Part shown: positions 1 to 9,383 of the stretch, piece by piece | How positions within the stretch are numbered: the first letter of the stretch is position 1 | Layout of the letters: the number at the start of each line of letters is the position of its first letter | Assembly (NCBI RefSeq): GCF_000315625.1 | Contig: NW_005434608.1 | Span: forward strand, 395,483-459,482 | Direction: 5' to 3' | DNA: 64,000 nt | Source of the DNA: Guillardia theta CCMP2712 | Taxonomy: Eukaryota; Protista; Cryptophyta | Translations under genes and position numbers: made by a program | The notes under the pieces: generated by a model | What the model was told of the DNA's origin: nothing | The model's database searches: none | The model's input: only the letters and a program-made list of their open reading frames with translations

Positions 1-483
1 ACTTGGACGTGGGTGTCGCCGATGCACATCACGTTGAACTCATTCAAGACCAGGTTGAGGACAACTCCAGTGTGACCCTCCGGCCGGTAGCGCAGGTGCT
101 CGCACGAGAACAGCTCGACAACCTCCTGGAGGCTCAGCTCGCCAACGACGCTGCTGTCAATGGCGAACGACCTGAACCACTTCCCTGAGTGAGGATCGAA
201 CTTTCCGAGAGGCTTGGTTGCCGCCCCGAGCTTCTGCCCCAGCGGGTTCATCGCAGGCCGAGGACCCAGCGAGGTGAGCTTGTCGAGGACGTACATGCGA
301 GCCAGGCCATCTTGACCCTCCGGCATGCAGGGCGAGTCAGCATCTGACAAGGTTCTCGTACGAAGACCACTCTTCTTGCCGTCATCCTCATCCATCCTTG
401 GCATGTATGACGCGCTAAAGCTGGATGGTCCGGCTTCGTCGTCAGTGCCGCTCCATGACCTGCTGGACTTCATGACAAAGCCT
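1..483 (-). CDS. Partial multi-exon hypothetical protein, running off the left window edge; further upstream exons possibly reach ~910
   Basis: Minus-strand open frame ...GQDGLARMYVLDKLTSLG...ELFSCEHLRYRPEGHTGVVLNLVLNEFNVMCIGDTHVQ with typical codon usage. No confident family assignment. Confidence 0.5.
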
Positions 484-1188
484 GCCAAGCATGTGAGAGC
501 TCGAATATCGATTGAAATACGATATCAACAATCAAGCAATGGAGATGGAAAAAAGAACGGATCTCCTTGAAGCATCAAAACAATGAGGGAAGCAGGCCGT
601 ACTAAGATATCAGATGTGACTCATTGATTGCATCGTTCCAGTGAAAACCGGATTCTATGGCGCTCAAACATATCGAATGCTCTATCACGAGAGGATAAAC
701 AGTACACGTTCCATACATCATTTTCGGAAAGCGCTTTTCCCTCATGATGATTGAATCTTATGCAAGCATGCCTCTGCGACCCCACGACTCGTCACTGCCA
801 TCATCCACTGACTCTTATCCTCTAGCTCCATTACCCAATTCTTGACATCTGTTTCATCCTCAGCAGTCTTTCGTGACTTGCTTGCCTATCTTGTTATCTT
901 CGTTCATTCTTCTTCAACCTCCTCCTCTCCCCCGCGCCACTCCGCATCTCTTCGCAAAGGCCTCATGGTCAGGGCCATGGCGCGTACGTACTTGACTACC
1001 CACCACGGTACAAAATACTACCCTACCTAATTGGTGTGCTGTTCGTTGGTAACTGATATGGGTACTTGGACCGAAAGAGGAGTATTGAACTTAGAGGGGT
1101 GGGGTAGTGGGTAGGGGGATAAAATTTTCATTTTAAAGTTTTTAAGTTTTTACAGACGGTCTACTAAAAATCCAAGAGTAACGGTTCA

Positions 1189-4100
1189 TGTAACGTCGGA
1201 TGATCTAGTCGCCGATCGGAGTGCCATCGGTAGTGATAAATCTTCAGAGTCTAATCATGGCAAGCCGGCAGTCAGGTCCCCCGCCGTTCGGGCCCGGCCC
1301 GACACGGACCGGACCCGCAGGCCTGACTAACTTGTGTAAGAACTCAGGTTCTGACAAACCTCTCAGAAGTTCTTTCAGACGCGATAAGTTCAAGGGATGC
1401 GTCTAATCAGGTTGTGAACCAAGTGAAGCCTGCAGGTCCAAGCTAGTGGGCTGGAGCTTAGTCTGTGACTTAGAAGATCCGGTTGGTTGGAGCCTGGGGA
1501 AGCTGAGGCGACGCCGGAGGAATCAAGAGGCGCCGGCTGTCGAAGAGGCAGCACTCGTACAGTGGTGGAAGTAAGGCGGTGGTGTGTGAAGGGAAGCTGT
1601 TTGGTTGGTCTTGCTGCTACGAGTGTTGGGAATAAAGTGCTGGGGATTGTTGGGAAGTTGATCTGAGTTATCTGAGGTGTTTGGTTGGCTGTGAAAGTCA
1701 TTGGTGTCTTCGTGCGCACATCATCTGTGAGTCTTGGTCTTTGGACTTATCAGTCAGCTGTTGAGCTGTTCTACTAGTCATTCATCTGTGCACAGACTCT
1801 AGGAGTCAGGAATTGATTCCAATACAAAAAGAAAATTTTCTTTTTGTATTCACGAACAAAGGAATACAAAAAGACTCTACGATAAGATTCCAAGGACAAC
1901 GAGTTAAAGGGCTCTTGGTCTTTGTGCGTCGAATTGACAACGAGTTTGAAGGCTCTTTAAGGCTCCTGGTTGTTGTACTGTACGCTGTTACTCATTTTTT
2001 TTTGGAACGGTATTGGTAACTCCAAGTTGACGATCATGAGCATGCCAGATCTGCAAGAGGAGTTGAAACGAAGCCATGGTGATGTTCAGGTCGACAAGCT
2101 GAAGCATGGGAAGGTTACCTCCAAGGAAAAACTCGAGGACCTGTTCCTTCCTTTCTCAGGTGCCATGAGTCGTTTTCGTCCGAATCTTGGGGCTTGTTTC
2201 TTAAAACTGTTGGACTTGTTTCCGATTGACGAGACTGGATCGTTTGTTGGAGAATTTCATGAAATGTGGGAGTCGTCTCCAGAAGGTCTAGAAAAATTCT
2301 CTTCGCTGGAGTGGAAGATTCAGGTCACGGCGTTGTTTCTGCATGCAGGGTACATTTGGAAGAATGGGAAGAAATTCAAGGATGCTCTTGAGAAGTTTAA
2401 GAAGTTGCGAGGAAAATTCGAGGAGGCAATCGCAGCCAGCGAGGATGTGATTGATGGTGCTTCAGAGGATGGAGAGATGGGTAATCCACTCGATACATCT
2501 GTGGTTTTCTCTCCACACAAGTACCAGATATCACCGAGGTTGTTCAGATCCTCAGCTGATCGACAGGAGGTGGAAGTCTTATTTGAAGATATTGCTGAGG
2601 TACTTGTAAGCACGAACAGTTATTTTCGAGTGAAGCTAAAGGATGATTTCGACATAGAGTGGCAGATGTCAGGAGGAGGCAACTATCCTTTGGCATTCTT
2701 CAAAACTTTGGCACTGGTACGCTGGAATGTAAAGCAACGAAGTGGAGCTGAGCTTATCGAGCTTACTGAGGACGAAGGGAGAGATCAGCTCAGAGCGCTA
2801 GCGAAACAGCCACTTGAGTCTGAAGAAGCCTTCTGGAGGAACGTGGACAAAATCAAGCTACTGTTTAAGAATCTCAAGGATAGTATTCAAGGTGTTGTGG
2901 GGGCACACCAAAGGATGGGGCCGTTAGAGATCCAGATCGCTGAACTCTTGCATGCCAGGTGTAAAGAATCGACTTGTGAATCGTTGCAGTCATTGGCATT
3001 GAATAGAGAATTGCGAAATTGGAAGAAGAGTAATATGAGACCAGAAAAGATTTCTCTCGACGAAATATTCCACTGGGGGCGCATCTTAAAAACTAGAAGC
3101 AAGACGACTACGACCGTGACGCCCGCGATGGATGCGAAGGGAGACGTGTCAGTGGTGAATATCACTGTGGCAAGTGAACCGATGGTACCGAATGAACCGC
3201 AGGCTGTCGGAGAAGTTGCAGTGGGCAAGAAGAGATCCTCGGGGTCAGGCGAAAATAGTGGTCAAGCGGATTCGGGAGAGCATCGGTTGGGGGATGATAC
3301 TGAATATATGCCTGACGGTGCAATGTCTCCAGTTCCTCCAGCAGGCAGAAGAACACGGAGGGATTTCAAGGCGGAGCGAGGGGTCTTGGAAAGCAAATAT
3401 GTCAATCGAGATGTCGAAGTTCTTGTAAATGGTCAAGTAGAGCAAGGCAAAATTTTGCAGATGGTTTTCAAGGAGGGAAAGTTTCTCGCGCGGATTGTTT
3501 TCCCAACTCTCGACAATTACTGGGTGTTACGGTCTGTCACTGATCCTGACATCAAGTTTTTGGAACAAACCGAACAGAAGGCAATGGTGGTGCTTACAAG
3601 TGGGGAGACAATATCAGAGGCCTGCATGTTAGCAGATTATTACTCGTGCAGCTTTCCACCGAACGTCTTTGGTGATATGACCGACCATACCAAGGTTTTT
3701 AAACCCTGTCTTGATCGTGCAGCGGATGAGATCATGGATGTTGTCGAAGCTACAGTTGGGGGTTCGCCTGAAGTGGTTGTACTTTCCCAGCACAAGAAAT
3801 TTCCACAGTATCTGCAAGTTACACATATTGTGCAGGGGTCGACTGAATCTGAAGAGATCTTGTATGTTTGGGACAGGGGGGAAGACAGGACAAGCCTTCA
3901 GCCAGCATCCCAGCGTTTTGTTCCAGTATGGAGGGATGAGATGTACAAAACTCGTTTACAGCATGTCGATCCTGTGTCATCTGCCCCACAGGTCAGTGCT
4001 AATGTGGACCCTACTTTCAGGGATACGCGTCTTCTTGTGGCGAATCTAGCGTTGGTCTCTCCCGTATGGGACGCGGTGGAGCTGGCATCTGACCTGTTAT

Positions 4101-5047
4101 CTCTGATGTCTTCCGACCGTGACAATCCAGCTGCAATGCCTGAGAATCAGGCAGATTACGTGATGACAGCGGCTTGCGATGCAGGAAATGTGGAGAACGA
4201 AAGTAGTTTTGACAAGTTACCAGATCCCAAGACAAGGTCAGAGATGTTACGTCGTCCGGATCGGCATCTTTGGGAGCAGGCTGAAAAGGAGGAAATTGCG
4301 AAGATCGAAAGTCGTGGGGTCTGGGAAGTTGTTACGCGTGATCAGAAAAACAGGGAGTCAAATCATTCCGTCCTTGCTCGCGCCTTGTGGGTGTATGCTT
4401 CAAAACGAGACTTGAAGGGCAAGATCTTGAAACGAAAGGGGCGGCTAGTTATCATGGGCAACTTACTTCCTTCATCTGAAGAATTGTTTGCACCGACTAC
4501 ATCGTTGGACAATATCCGGCTCTTGCTGAGCATCGCGGCAGGCAACCGTTGGAGAATCACATTCAGGGATATCTCTGCTGCTTTCTTGTATGGTGACTTG
4601 GAGGTTCCTGTGTATTTGATTCCTCCAGATATCATGAGTCTTCCTCCTGAGTGCCTCCTCAAAGTCTTGAAGTCGCTCTATGGACTTCGCATTGCACCAA
4701 GGAGATGGTATCTTAAGTTCACGCAGGTGTTGAAGACGGTGGGAGCAAGTGGGATAGGACATGATGAGATCATCTACCGATACTCCAACTGTGCGGGGGA
4801 CGTCTTGCTTCTGACTGTCTTCGTGGATGACTTACTCATTGTCTCTCAAACTGAAGCAGTTAAGATTGAGTTTCTTGAGAAGCTCAACACAGTATTCGAC
4901 TTTTCGGGGAGTGAGGCAACAGGTACCTTCTTGGGCATTAAAATAGAACAGAATGACGATCAGGGTCGGATAACTTTGTCACAACAGCATTTCATTGAAA
5001 AGATTGTTGAACGCTTTGAAATCGTTGCCAGAGGTGTCAAAACTCCT
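1189..5047 (+). mobile_element. Ty1/copia-type retroelement, 3'-truncated (no RNase H, no 3' LTR); 5' boundary uncertain
   Basis: Intronless 1052-aa ORF ending in a copia RT, preceded by ~850 nt of non-coding leader beginning TGTAAC. The leader may be LTR/UTR, but this cannot be confirmed without a second LTR. Confidence 0.7.
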
Positions 5048-5128
5048 CCACTGACGCGCAGCCCCAAGCTTGTCGCGTCACACCCTCAACTTCTACGCAT
5101 CCCAGCACCGCAACTTGATTCGATTTGA
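2036..5128 (+). CDS. Gag-like helical region + copia-type reverse transcriptase (RVT_2), truncated
   Basis: RT motifs from ~4226: WEQAEKEEI, WVYASKRD..KRKGRLVIMG, FAPT, FRDISAAFLYGDL, LKSLYGLRIAPRRW, LLTVFVDDLL (4820-4831), FLGIKI, LSQQHFIEKIVERF..VKTP. The last ~26 aa are antisense read-through of the neighbouring gene. Confidence 0.9.
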   Translation: MSMPDLQEELKRSHGDVQVDKLKHGKVTSKEKLEDLFLPFSGAMSRFRPNLGACFLKLLDLFPIDETGSFVGEFHEMWESSPEGLEKFSSLEWKIQVTALFLHAGYIWKNGKKFKDALEKFKKLRGKFEEAIAASEDVIDGASEDGEMGNPLDTSVVFSPHKYQISPRLFRSSADRQEVEVLFEDIAEVLVSTNSYFRVKLKDDFDIEWQMSGGGNYPLAFFKTLALVRWNVKQRSGAELIELTEDEGRDQLRALAKQPLESEEAFWRNVDKIKLLFKNLKDSIQGVVGAHQRMGPLEIQIAELLHARCKESTCESLQSLALNRELRNWKKSNMRPEKISLDEIFHWGRILKTRSKTTTTVTPAMDAKGDVSVVNITVASEPMVPNEPQAVGEVAVGKKRSSGSGENSGQADSGEHRLGDDTEYMPDGAMSPVPPAGRRTRRDFKAERGVLESKYVNRDVEVLVNGQVEQGKILQMVFKEGKFLARIVFPTLDNYWVLRSVTDPDIKFLEQTEQKAMVVLTSGETISEACMLADYYSCSFPPNVFGDMTDHTKVFKPCLDRAADEIMDVVEATVGGSPEVVVLSQHKKFPQYLQVTHIVQGSTESEEILYVWDRGEDRTSLQPASQRFVPVWRDEMYKTRLQHVDPVSSAPQVSANVDPTFRDTRLLVANLALVSPVWDAVELASDLLSLMSSDRDNPAAMPENQADYVMTAACDAGNVENESSFDKLPDPKTRSEMLRRPDRHLWEQAEKEEIAKIESRGVWEVVTRDQKNRESNHSVLARALWVYASKRDLKGKILKRKGRLVIMGNLLPSSEELFAPTTSLDNIRLLLSIAAGNRWRITFRDISAAFLYGDLEVPVYLIPPDIMSLPPECLLKVLKSLYGLRIAPRRWYLKFTQVLKTVGASGIGHDEIIYRYSNCAGDVLLLTVFVDDLLIVSQTEAVKIEFLEKLNTVFDFSGSEATGTFLGIKIEQNDDQGRITLSQQHFIEKIVERFEIVARGVKTPPLTRSPKLVASHPQLLRIPAPQLDSI

Positions 5129-8100
5129 TGATCTCGCGCACTACAGTGAAGTTCCACTTCCCCTCAGCAACGCCCTCGACGTCCCACTCTGACGTTCCCC
5201 TCTCCTGCGACACACCCACATCCTCCCCCGTATTCCTCCTCGATCTTTTGCTCTGCACCAGGGACCGTGGGCTAGTCTCCTCGTCGAGACGCCGAGGAGG
5301 AGAGAGGCTCTTCTGATGCCGCTTGAGCTCGAGCTCTGTGACTGGAGCCTTCTTGGGCTGCTCAACAACAGCAGGCTCAGCGTCCGACTCAATCTTGCTG
5401 GTGAGGAGGAGCGGGGTGGACTGTGAGGTGACCTTGCCCCTCCTCGGGGAGATCGGGCGAATGGGGGAGTTGCTGTCCGTCGATGTCAAGTTGGTTGCAG
5501 AGCTGTTCCTGGGCAAACGCTGAGAGGGTCGACCTCTAGGCCTTCCCTTGCTGTTTCGGAGCGATGAGAAGAAGTCGTGGACATCGTCTTCGTTCACATT
5601 GCTGACCCGCAAAGGAAGCTGGAAGTTGAATGTTGTACCCTGGTAGCAAGTCAGGTCTCCAATGTCTGCTATCCCCTAGCCCTCACTTCCCATCTCCCCT
5701 TCCTCCTCTTTTCTTCCTCCTCCTTCCTTGCCCCCAAAGACAGGACGATCATCTCACCTTCCCAACTTCAGACTCGCACTGAATGTCACCTCCCATCAGG
5801 AGCGCGAGCTTTTTGCAAACGCTCAACCCCAGAGCTCCGTCCTTAAGAAGCTCCACACTGGTAGAAATGTCAGAGGCAAGCTGAGCTGACGCGGGAGAAG
5901 AAAGGGAGGAAGGTAAACGAGCAAGGGAGAAAGCAGCGAGAGTTAGTCTGCACTCACTCTCCGTCCACGAGGTTGTTCGAGTTATTGTGATTGCCAAAGA
6001 TCATCTTCAGCTGCTCCGAGTCCATACCAGGGCCATCGTCAATGACCAACATGCTGCAGTTGAAGCAGACGCGGCCCTTGCTGTCCACAAACGTCTCGGA
6101 GCCAGTCCTGGCCTCCACACGAATTTTCTCGATCTCTTCGTGATTGAGAGAGTGGGAGATGATCTTGGTCAAGACCTGCTGGATGCGGAAGGGATCGCCG
6201 ACCACGTTGAAGAACTGGAGCTTCGAGGTGTCGATGGAGACGGTGTCGCTCTCCTCGGAGAAATGTGAGCCAAGCGCTTCGAAGAGAAGGCGCAGGTCAA
6301 ACGTCAGCTCTTCAAGCTCTACTCCTCTGCAAGCATCAAGTGAGCGCCCTTAACGTCTGCAGCCCCTCTAATCACAGCCCTCCCTCCTCTCTTGCAAGCT
6401 CTTTCTCTCCCTCACCCTATGTTCTTTCACTCCTGCTCTTTCTCCTCTCTCACCCCATGTTGATCTTCGCGATGTCCAAGATGTCATCGATGATCTTCCG
6501 CAGCTGGTTCGCTCTCTCCCACGTCCCTTCCACCAGCGCGAACTGCTCGTCATCGATGTCCGTGTCTTGTAAGAAGGAGATGTTGCCCATGATGCCATTC
6601 AGAGGGTTTCTGATCTCATGGCACAGGAACTGCAGCTGCTCCATCTTTGCCTGCATGACGTGTGAGCCTATCATCTAGGCGAGAGAGTGTCAAGCAAAGA
6701 ACCTCATTGGCCGCCTCTTCTGCCAACTTGATCTTCTTCATGAGCTCCTTCTCTTGCCTCGTGGTCACGTCTTGCGCGAAGAAGACCACTCCCTCGACTG
6801 TGTCGTTGGTGGTGCGACGAGCTCCGGCGCTGACCAGCAGGTTCACAACCCCCTTGTTTCGCTTCTTGAAGATGACGTCGATGCAAGCGACTTCACAAAA
6901 TTTCATCGCATTCACTCGTTGCTCGTTGAGCTGCAAGGGATGACGTCAGCACAAGACACGCAAGGAACGCCGTTGTCCATCGCACCTTTTGACACATCTC
7001 GTTGGAGAAAACTTCCAGGTCGTTGCCAAATATTTCCCCGACAAGGCTCTTGCCGATCACTTCCTCGCGCTTCAACATGGTAATCTCCGCCATCTTCGAG
7101 TTCCACTCATTCACTTTGCCATCGTTCGTGCAGCAGAACACAGGGACGGCACACTGTGCGATCAACCTCTCATACTCAGCCGCTACCGACTGAGAAAAGT
7201 CCAAAGATCAGTCTTTTCTCGGTGAACGAATTCGGTGCAGACCAACCTTGCATCTCTCAAGAACAATCACTGACTCGGTGATGTCTTGACCAACAAACGT
7301 GACAGACGCTGCAAAGCCGCAGACTTTCTTGAGCACGTTTGCGTTCAGGAGGAGGTGAACGGTCTGAGAGAACAATCAAGAAAACAAAAGGATGAAGCAT
7401 AATTGCATGCAGACCTCTGACTTCTGCTTGTTGCTGAACATCTCAAGATGAAAAGGGTCTGTATCAATTCCTGCATTGGTATCGTCTAGGATGCTTGACA
7501 ACACAGTTCGGAACGACGCAGGGCAGAACTCCTTCAGCTCCTTTCCACATGCTTCTTCCTTTCGCAACGAGGAGAGTTGTTCCATCTTGGCGTTCCACTG
7601 CAAGCATGTGAACTCAGAAAAGACAGCAGACATGATCAATCCTGCACAGACCTGAATGATCACACCCGAACGATCTATGCTGAAGATTGGAGCATTCGCA
7701 GCGGAGATGATGTTAGACAGCTGGACAAATGTGAGATGGAAATCATGCTTGCACGTAAATCACCTCTGTAGCCATACGAAAGCTTTCAGTTCTGCTCTTC
7801 ACCCGCTGCTCATGAATTCTCATGCTCATGTCTTGGGTCAACTCTTGCCCTGTTGCCCACGACAAGATGTCGTTGACAAACTTCCCGAGATCCTGCACAT
7901 CCTCCAGGTCGCTCTGAGACCAGTCACGGCAGCCCGCCTCAGCGGACTTGTCATGCTCGATCTGTCTAAACCAGAGCAGCTCGCCTCCCATCTTGAGGGG
8001 AAGGCAGAGCATTCCACATGCGCACAAGGGATCACAATCATACCCCGAAATGATGTCGCGCACATCCCTGCTGCTCGAAAGCTTCCTGTCACTGTCGCTG

Positions 8101-9383
8101 TAAATCTCATCCACGAGCGCCTTGATGAAGTTCACATCCGGAGTCCTTCCGATGGTGTGGACCTCGCCGCTTGGCATGACAACAGCTCCTCCTGAGGTGT
8201 GGGGGACCACGGAGAGGAGGGAAGTCTCCTGAGATGCCACCAGCCCCTTGAGCGTGTCCACTCCTTCAAGGTTCTGCATCAAGTCCAGCAAATCTCCATG
8301 GATGTTGAGTAGCTTTGACAACCTTGCCTGCCGCTTCACCTCCATCAAGGAGTCCAGCTTGGAGAAGAAAGCCTGGCTCACGAAGTCGCACACAACTCGG
8401 TCATTGATCGACATGTGCTTAGGTTGCGAATAGTTATATCCGATCATGAGGCCCCAATCCCCAACTCTCTTGGTCCTGATGGACATCACAAAGAACGACC
8501 TGATGCCCATCGAGAGGAAATATTCCTTGGTGAAAGGATCAGTTGCCAGGTAGCTAGACTTGAGGATAGAAATCTGCGATTTGCTCAATGGGCCCAGGGC
8601 TTCCTTCACGAAGCACATGGGCTCGTAGTCAGCGTTGAGATCACGATCGATGCAGAGATTCTTAAAGCCGCACACTTGGAGCAACTGCTTGCTGGCACTC
8701 TGGAACAGGAACGTGGAGTCTTGGACGGACGAAGCCTTGTCCTCTGCGACAGGGATGAGGAAACCATACTCACTTTCAGAGGTAGAGAGTTTGTACAGCA
8801 CAATGCGCTCGTAGCCCAAGATAGAACGCATCGTTGAGACAACAGTGCTGTAGAGGCTCTTGAGATCGCGCTCGGCGAACACGTTTTCAATGGTTTCCCG
8901 AAAGCTGATCGTCAACTCAATCGGAGACTCTTCTTCTCGGGGCTCGATGTCAAGGATGACGTGGTCGTTCTCGTACACGAAGTGAATGTACGATTCCACG
9001 CCGCCCTTGAAAGTCACGTTGAAGGTGCCTGTAGACATCGAGTCTTTCTTCGCTTGCAACTCCGGCCAGGGCAGATTCGAGTCCAAGATTAGCTCGGACC
9101 AAGTTTTCCCGAGAATGTCATTGACAGCCCGGTTGATGATGCGATCCACGTTCTTACTGCAGCCAACCACCTTGCCAGTAGAGAGGTTTGCTACCAAGAC
9201 TGCGCCCCCCGGCTGCACTCGATGGCAGGAAGGTTCACCGTAATATGGGATTTGGATCGGAGCTCCCAAATCAGAGCGGGGGACATGACTCAAGTTGTTG
9301 CTGCTCCTTGTCCTACCTCGGCTTCGCATAAGCCTGGAGCTTATGATCTGATCCATCTCGTAGTACCTACGCCCAGCACCCAT
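5037..9383 (-). CDS. Phytochrome-like sensor histidine kinase (PAS-GAF-PHY-PAS-PAS-HisKA-HATPase), multi-exon, with a degenerate chromophore pocket
   Basis: VQPGGAVL (PAS), GYERIVLYKL..VAEDK (GAF), WGLMIGYNYSQPK, LLWFRQ..W (PHY), PAS exons (APIFSIDRSG.., WNAKMEQLS, PVFCCTNDGKVNEWNSKMAEIT), LCHEIRNPLNG (H box), DDGPGM (G1), GALGLSVCKKLALLMGG (G2). Confidence 0.85.

Noticed and set aside
1-330. IQCH-like C-terminal similarity of the first gene
   Set aside because: The resemblance is too weak and the gene is truncated by the window edge.
2013-2030. TGGTAACTCC as a primer-binding site defining a 5' LTR
   Set aside because: It is not preceded by a clear ..CA LTR end, there is no second LTR in the window, and I cannot match it to a tRNA 3' end by eye.
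3860-3900. YVWDRGEDRT as a retroviral protease active site
   Set aside because: It lacks D[ST]G, and its position just before the RT linker fits an integrase C-terminal SH3-like remnant better.
5045-5170. dsRBD-like fold at the phytochrome C-terminus
   Set aside because: Only a loose beta-beta-beta pattern, cut at the junction; insufficient support.
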